Source: a virus. Taken from it: a stretch of 64,000 bases of DNA. Shown piece after piece: positions 62,606 to 64,000 of this stretch; within the stretch, counting starts at the first letter, position 1; each line of letters starts with the position of its first letter. The position numbers and the translations under genes are program-made. The notes under the pieces are model-generated. The model saw only the letters and a program-made list of their open reading frames with translations, had not been told where the DNA came from and did no database searches. The stretch spans positions 1 through 64,000 of IMG/VR virus record IMGVR_UViG_3300027896_000010; one strand, given 5' to 3'.

Positions 62606-63564
62606 AGCTCCTCATAGACATCTGCTATTGATGACCAACTCTGTGACAATGCCCATTGTCTATTGCCTTCCATTACCTCTGGTGGTATGCCCTCCCGTAT
62701 TCTTAATGTGATGTCTTCAAGACTAATCACGCTTGCCGTGATTAACTTACCGGGGAACCATTCCACGTAATCTCGTTTGAGATTATTAGTCCATAACGAT
62801 ATCACCGACTTGAAATTCGCCAACCCCTTAAGCATGGATAAATAACCACCAGCAAAAACATAGCTGGCTTTCTCATAAAGCTCAGAATACTCGTCCATCC
62901 ACCCATGCAAATCAACATCCAAATTATAGGAACCAATATATTCAAGCAAAGACTCTTCTACCTTCGGATGACCTCCTCCCACAATATCAAGTTTTGGTTC
63001 CCAGCCATCATTCTTGAGACAAGCCAACAAACCCAAATAGGACATCAAATCCATATCGTCCCTTAGACCGCCTACCCAGATGAATCTCTGTGGCTCCATC
63101 TTATCCATCGGGACAATATCCTCTGCCCCAATCCCTCCCCAAATATTGAAATCACATTTGGTTCCATACCATCGCTCAAGATACATGCCAACACCAATCG
63201 AACCATCACATTTCTCTTTGATTATCTGACGCTTTTGCACCACCGATTCCTCTGGTGGATAACGCCCCTCCCAGCCGTGAAATGTCATAGTTATTTTGGG
63301 AGCATATTCACGAAGCTTATCAGAATAAGTATAGAAATCCTGACAGGCGATGATGTCATATTTCTCGGCAGGAATGAATCTGTTATGGTCGTCACTTACC
63401 CTGCGAATCTTGTATTCATACGTCAGCCCTTTCCAGCCGGGAGTGGTGCATTGAACCGTTACATCGTGCTTCCTTCTGGTAAGCTCCGAAGCCACTCGGT
63501 CTACATGAATCTCAACCCCGCCAATCAAAGGCAAATGGCGACCAGTAAGAAGTAAAATCTTCAT
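62590..63564 (-). CDS. GT4-like (GT-B) glycosyltransferase
   Basis: GGVEIHV, TFHG, LDIVGGG, EGL-like region, SWSSIA. Confidence 0.8.
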   Translation of the reverse strand: MKILLLTGRHLPLIGGVEIHVDRVASELTRRKHDVTVQCTTPGWKGLTYEYKIRRVSDDHNRFIPAEKYDIIACQDFYTYSDKLREYAPKITMTFHGWEGRYPPEESVVQKRQIIKEKCDGSIGVGMYLERWYGTKCDFNIWGGIGAEDIVPMDKMEPQRFIWVGGLRDDMDLMSYLGLLACLKNDGWEPKLDIVGGGHPKVEESLLEYIGSYNLDVDLHGWMDEYSELYEKASYVFAGGYLSMLKGLANFKSVISLWTNNLKRDYVEWFPGKLITASVISLEDITLRIREGIPPEVMEGNRQWALSQSWSSIADVYEELWQKK

Positions 63565-63628
63565 GCTACCACCTTTTTAGAAAAATATTCTGTCCAGTAT
63601 TCCCTGTTGTAATTTTCTTGCTCATCCC

Positions 63629-64000
63629 CTACACCTTCCTCAGAACACAATCGAATGACCATTCGTTACCAAGGGTGTCATACTGCATCATCTTGGCTTT
63701 CCCTGTAGTATCAATCAGTTCAAAAATAATCTCTTTGAATTCCACAGGATTGAACTCCCTAAAATGGGTTATATCATGACCGGGAGTCCCGGGCTGTGGG
63801 GTATAGCGCCTATCAGGAACTATGAGACAGAGATGGCCCTCTGGCCTTATAACCCTTAGCCATTCTTTCAGGACGTCCATAGTATTTAAAAAATGTTCTA
63901 TGGCATGGATAGCAACAACAAAATCCAATACATTATCTTTAAAAGGCAACTCCCCACAATCAAAACACAGTTGAGCCACAGAGTTATTTTTCCAAGGCTC
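63629..64000 (-). CDS. class I SAM-dependent methyltransferase (5' end outside the window)
   Basis: LPFKDNVLDFVVAIHAIEHF..EWLRVIRPEGHL. Confidence 0.82.
   Translation of the reverse strand, partial: EPWKNNSVAQLCFDCGELPFKDNVLDFVVAIHAIEHFLNTMDVLKEWLRVIRPEGHLCLIVPDRRYTPQPGTPGHDITHFREFNPVEFKEIIFELIDTTGKAKMMQYDTLGNEWSFDCVLRKV

Noticed and set aside
84-63555. Numerous plus-strand ORFs (e.g. 10446-11000, 19985-20482, 20343-20801, 34352-34918)
   Set aside because: They are antisense shadows of well-supported minus-strand genes, with no recognisable motifs or SD sites.

Overview
A 64-kb segment of a large (jumbo-type) tailed phage genome in standard code 11, with essentially every real gene on the minus strand. 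It contains a terminase large subunit, tail/decoration proteins, an amidase, an anaerobic class III ribonucleotide reductase (nrdD) with an endonuclease-containing intein, an Rnl2-like RNA ligase with a mini-intein, several glycosyl/acetyl/methyltransferases, a receiver plus PAS-PAS signalling pair, and HD, metallophosphoesterase, NDT and nucleotidyltransferase enzymes. Strong SD sites, a sigma70-like promoter, the amidase and nrdD suggest an anaerobic, peptidoglycan-bearing bacterial host (inference). The most unusual feature is a peptide-addressing system. About 26 copies of an ~19-aa amphipathic leader (consensus MDEERLEEIISKVVKEVL[A/G]) are attached to unrelated, mostly small acidic cargo domains between 22 and 44.5 kb. 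A second motif ([S/N/T]QR[K/E]IA) starts several small proteins and separates the domains of a 1761-aa polyprotein carrying two ADP-ribosyltransferase-like domains and a zincin peptidase. The best working model is capsid targeting plus protease maturation of a large set of injected effectors. Two highly structured non-coding regions (16.8-17.4 kb and 50.56-50.76 kb) and a shared C-terminal module on three Ig-like/adjacent proteins are also notable. All family calls come from motif recognition by eye; no searches were run.
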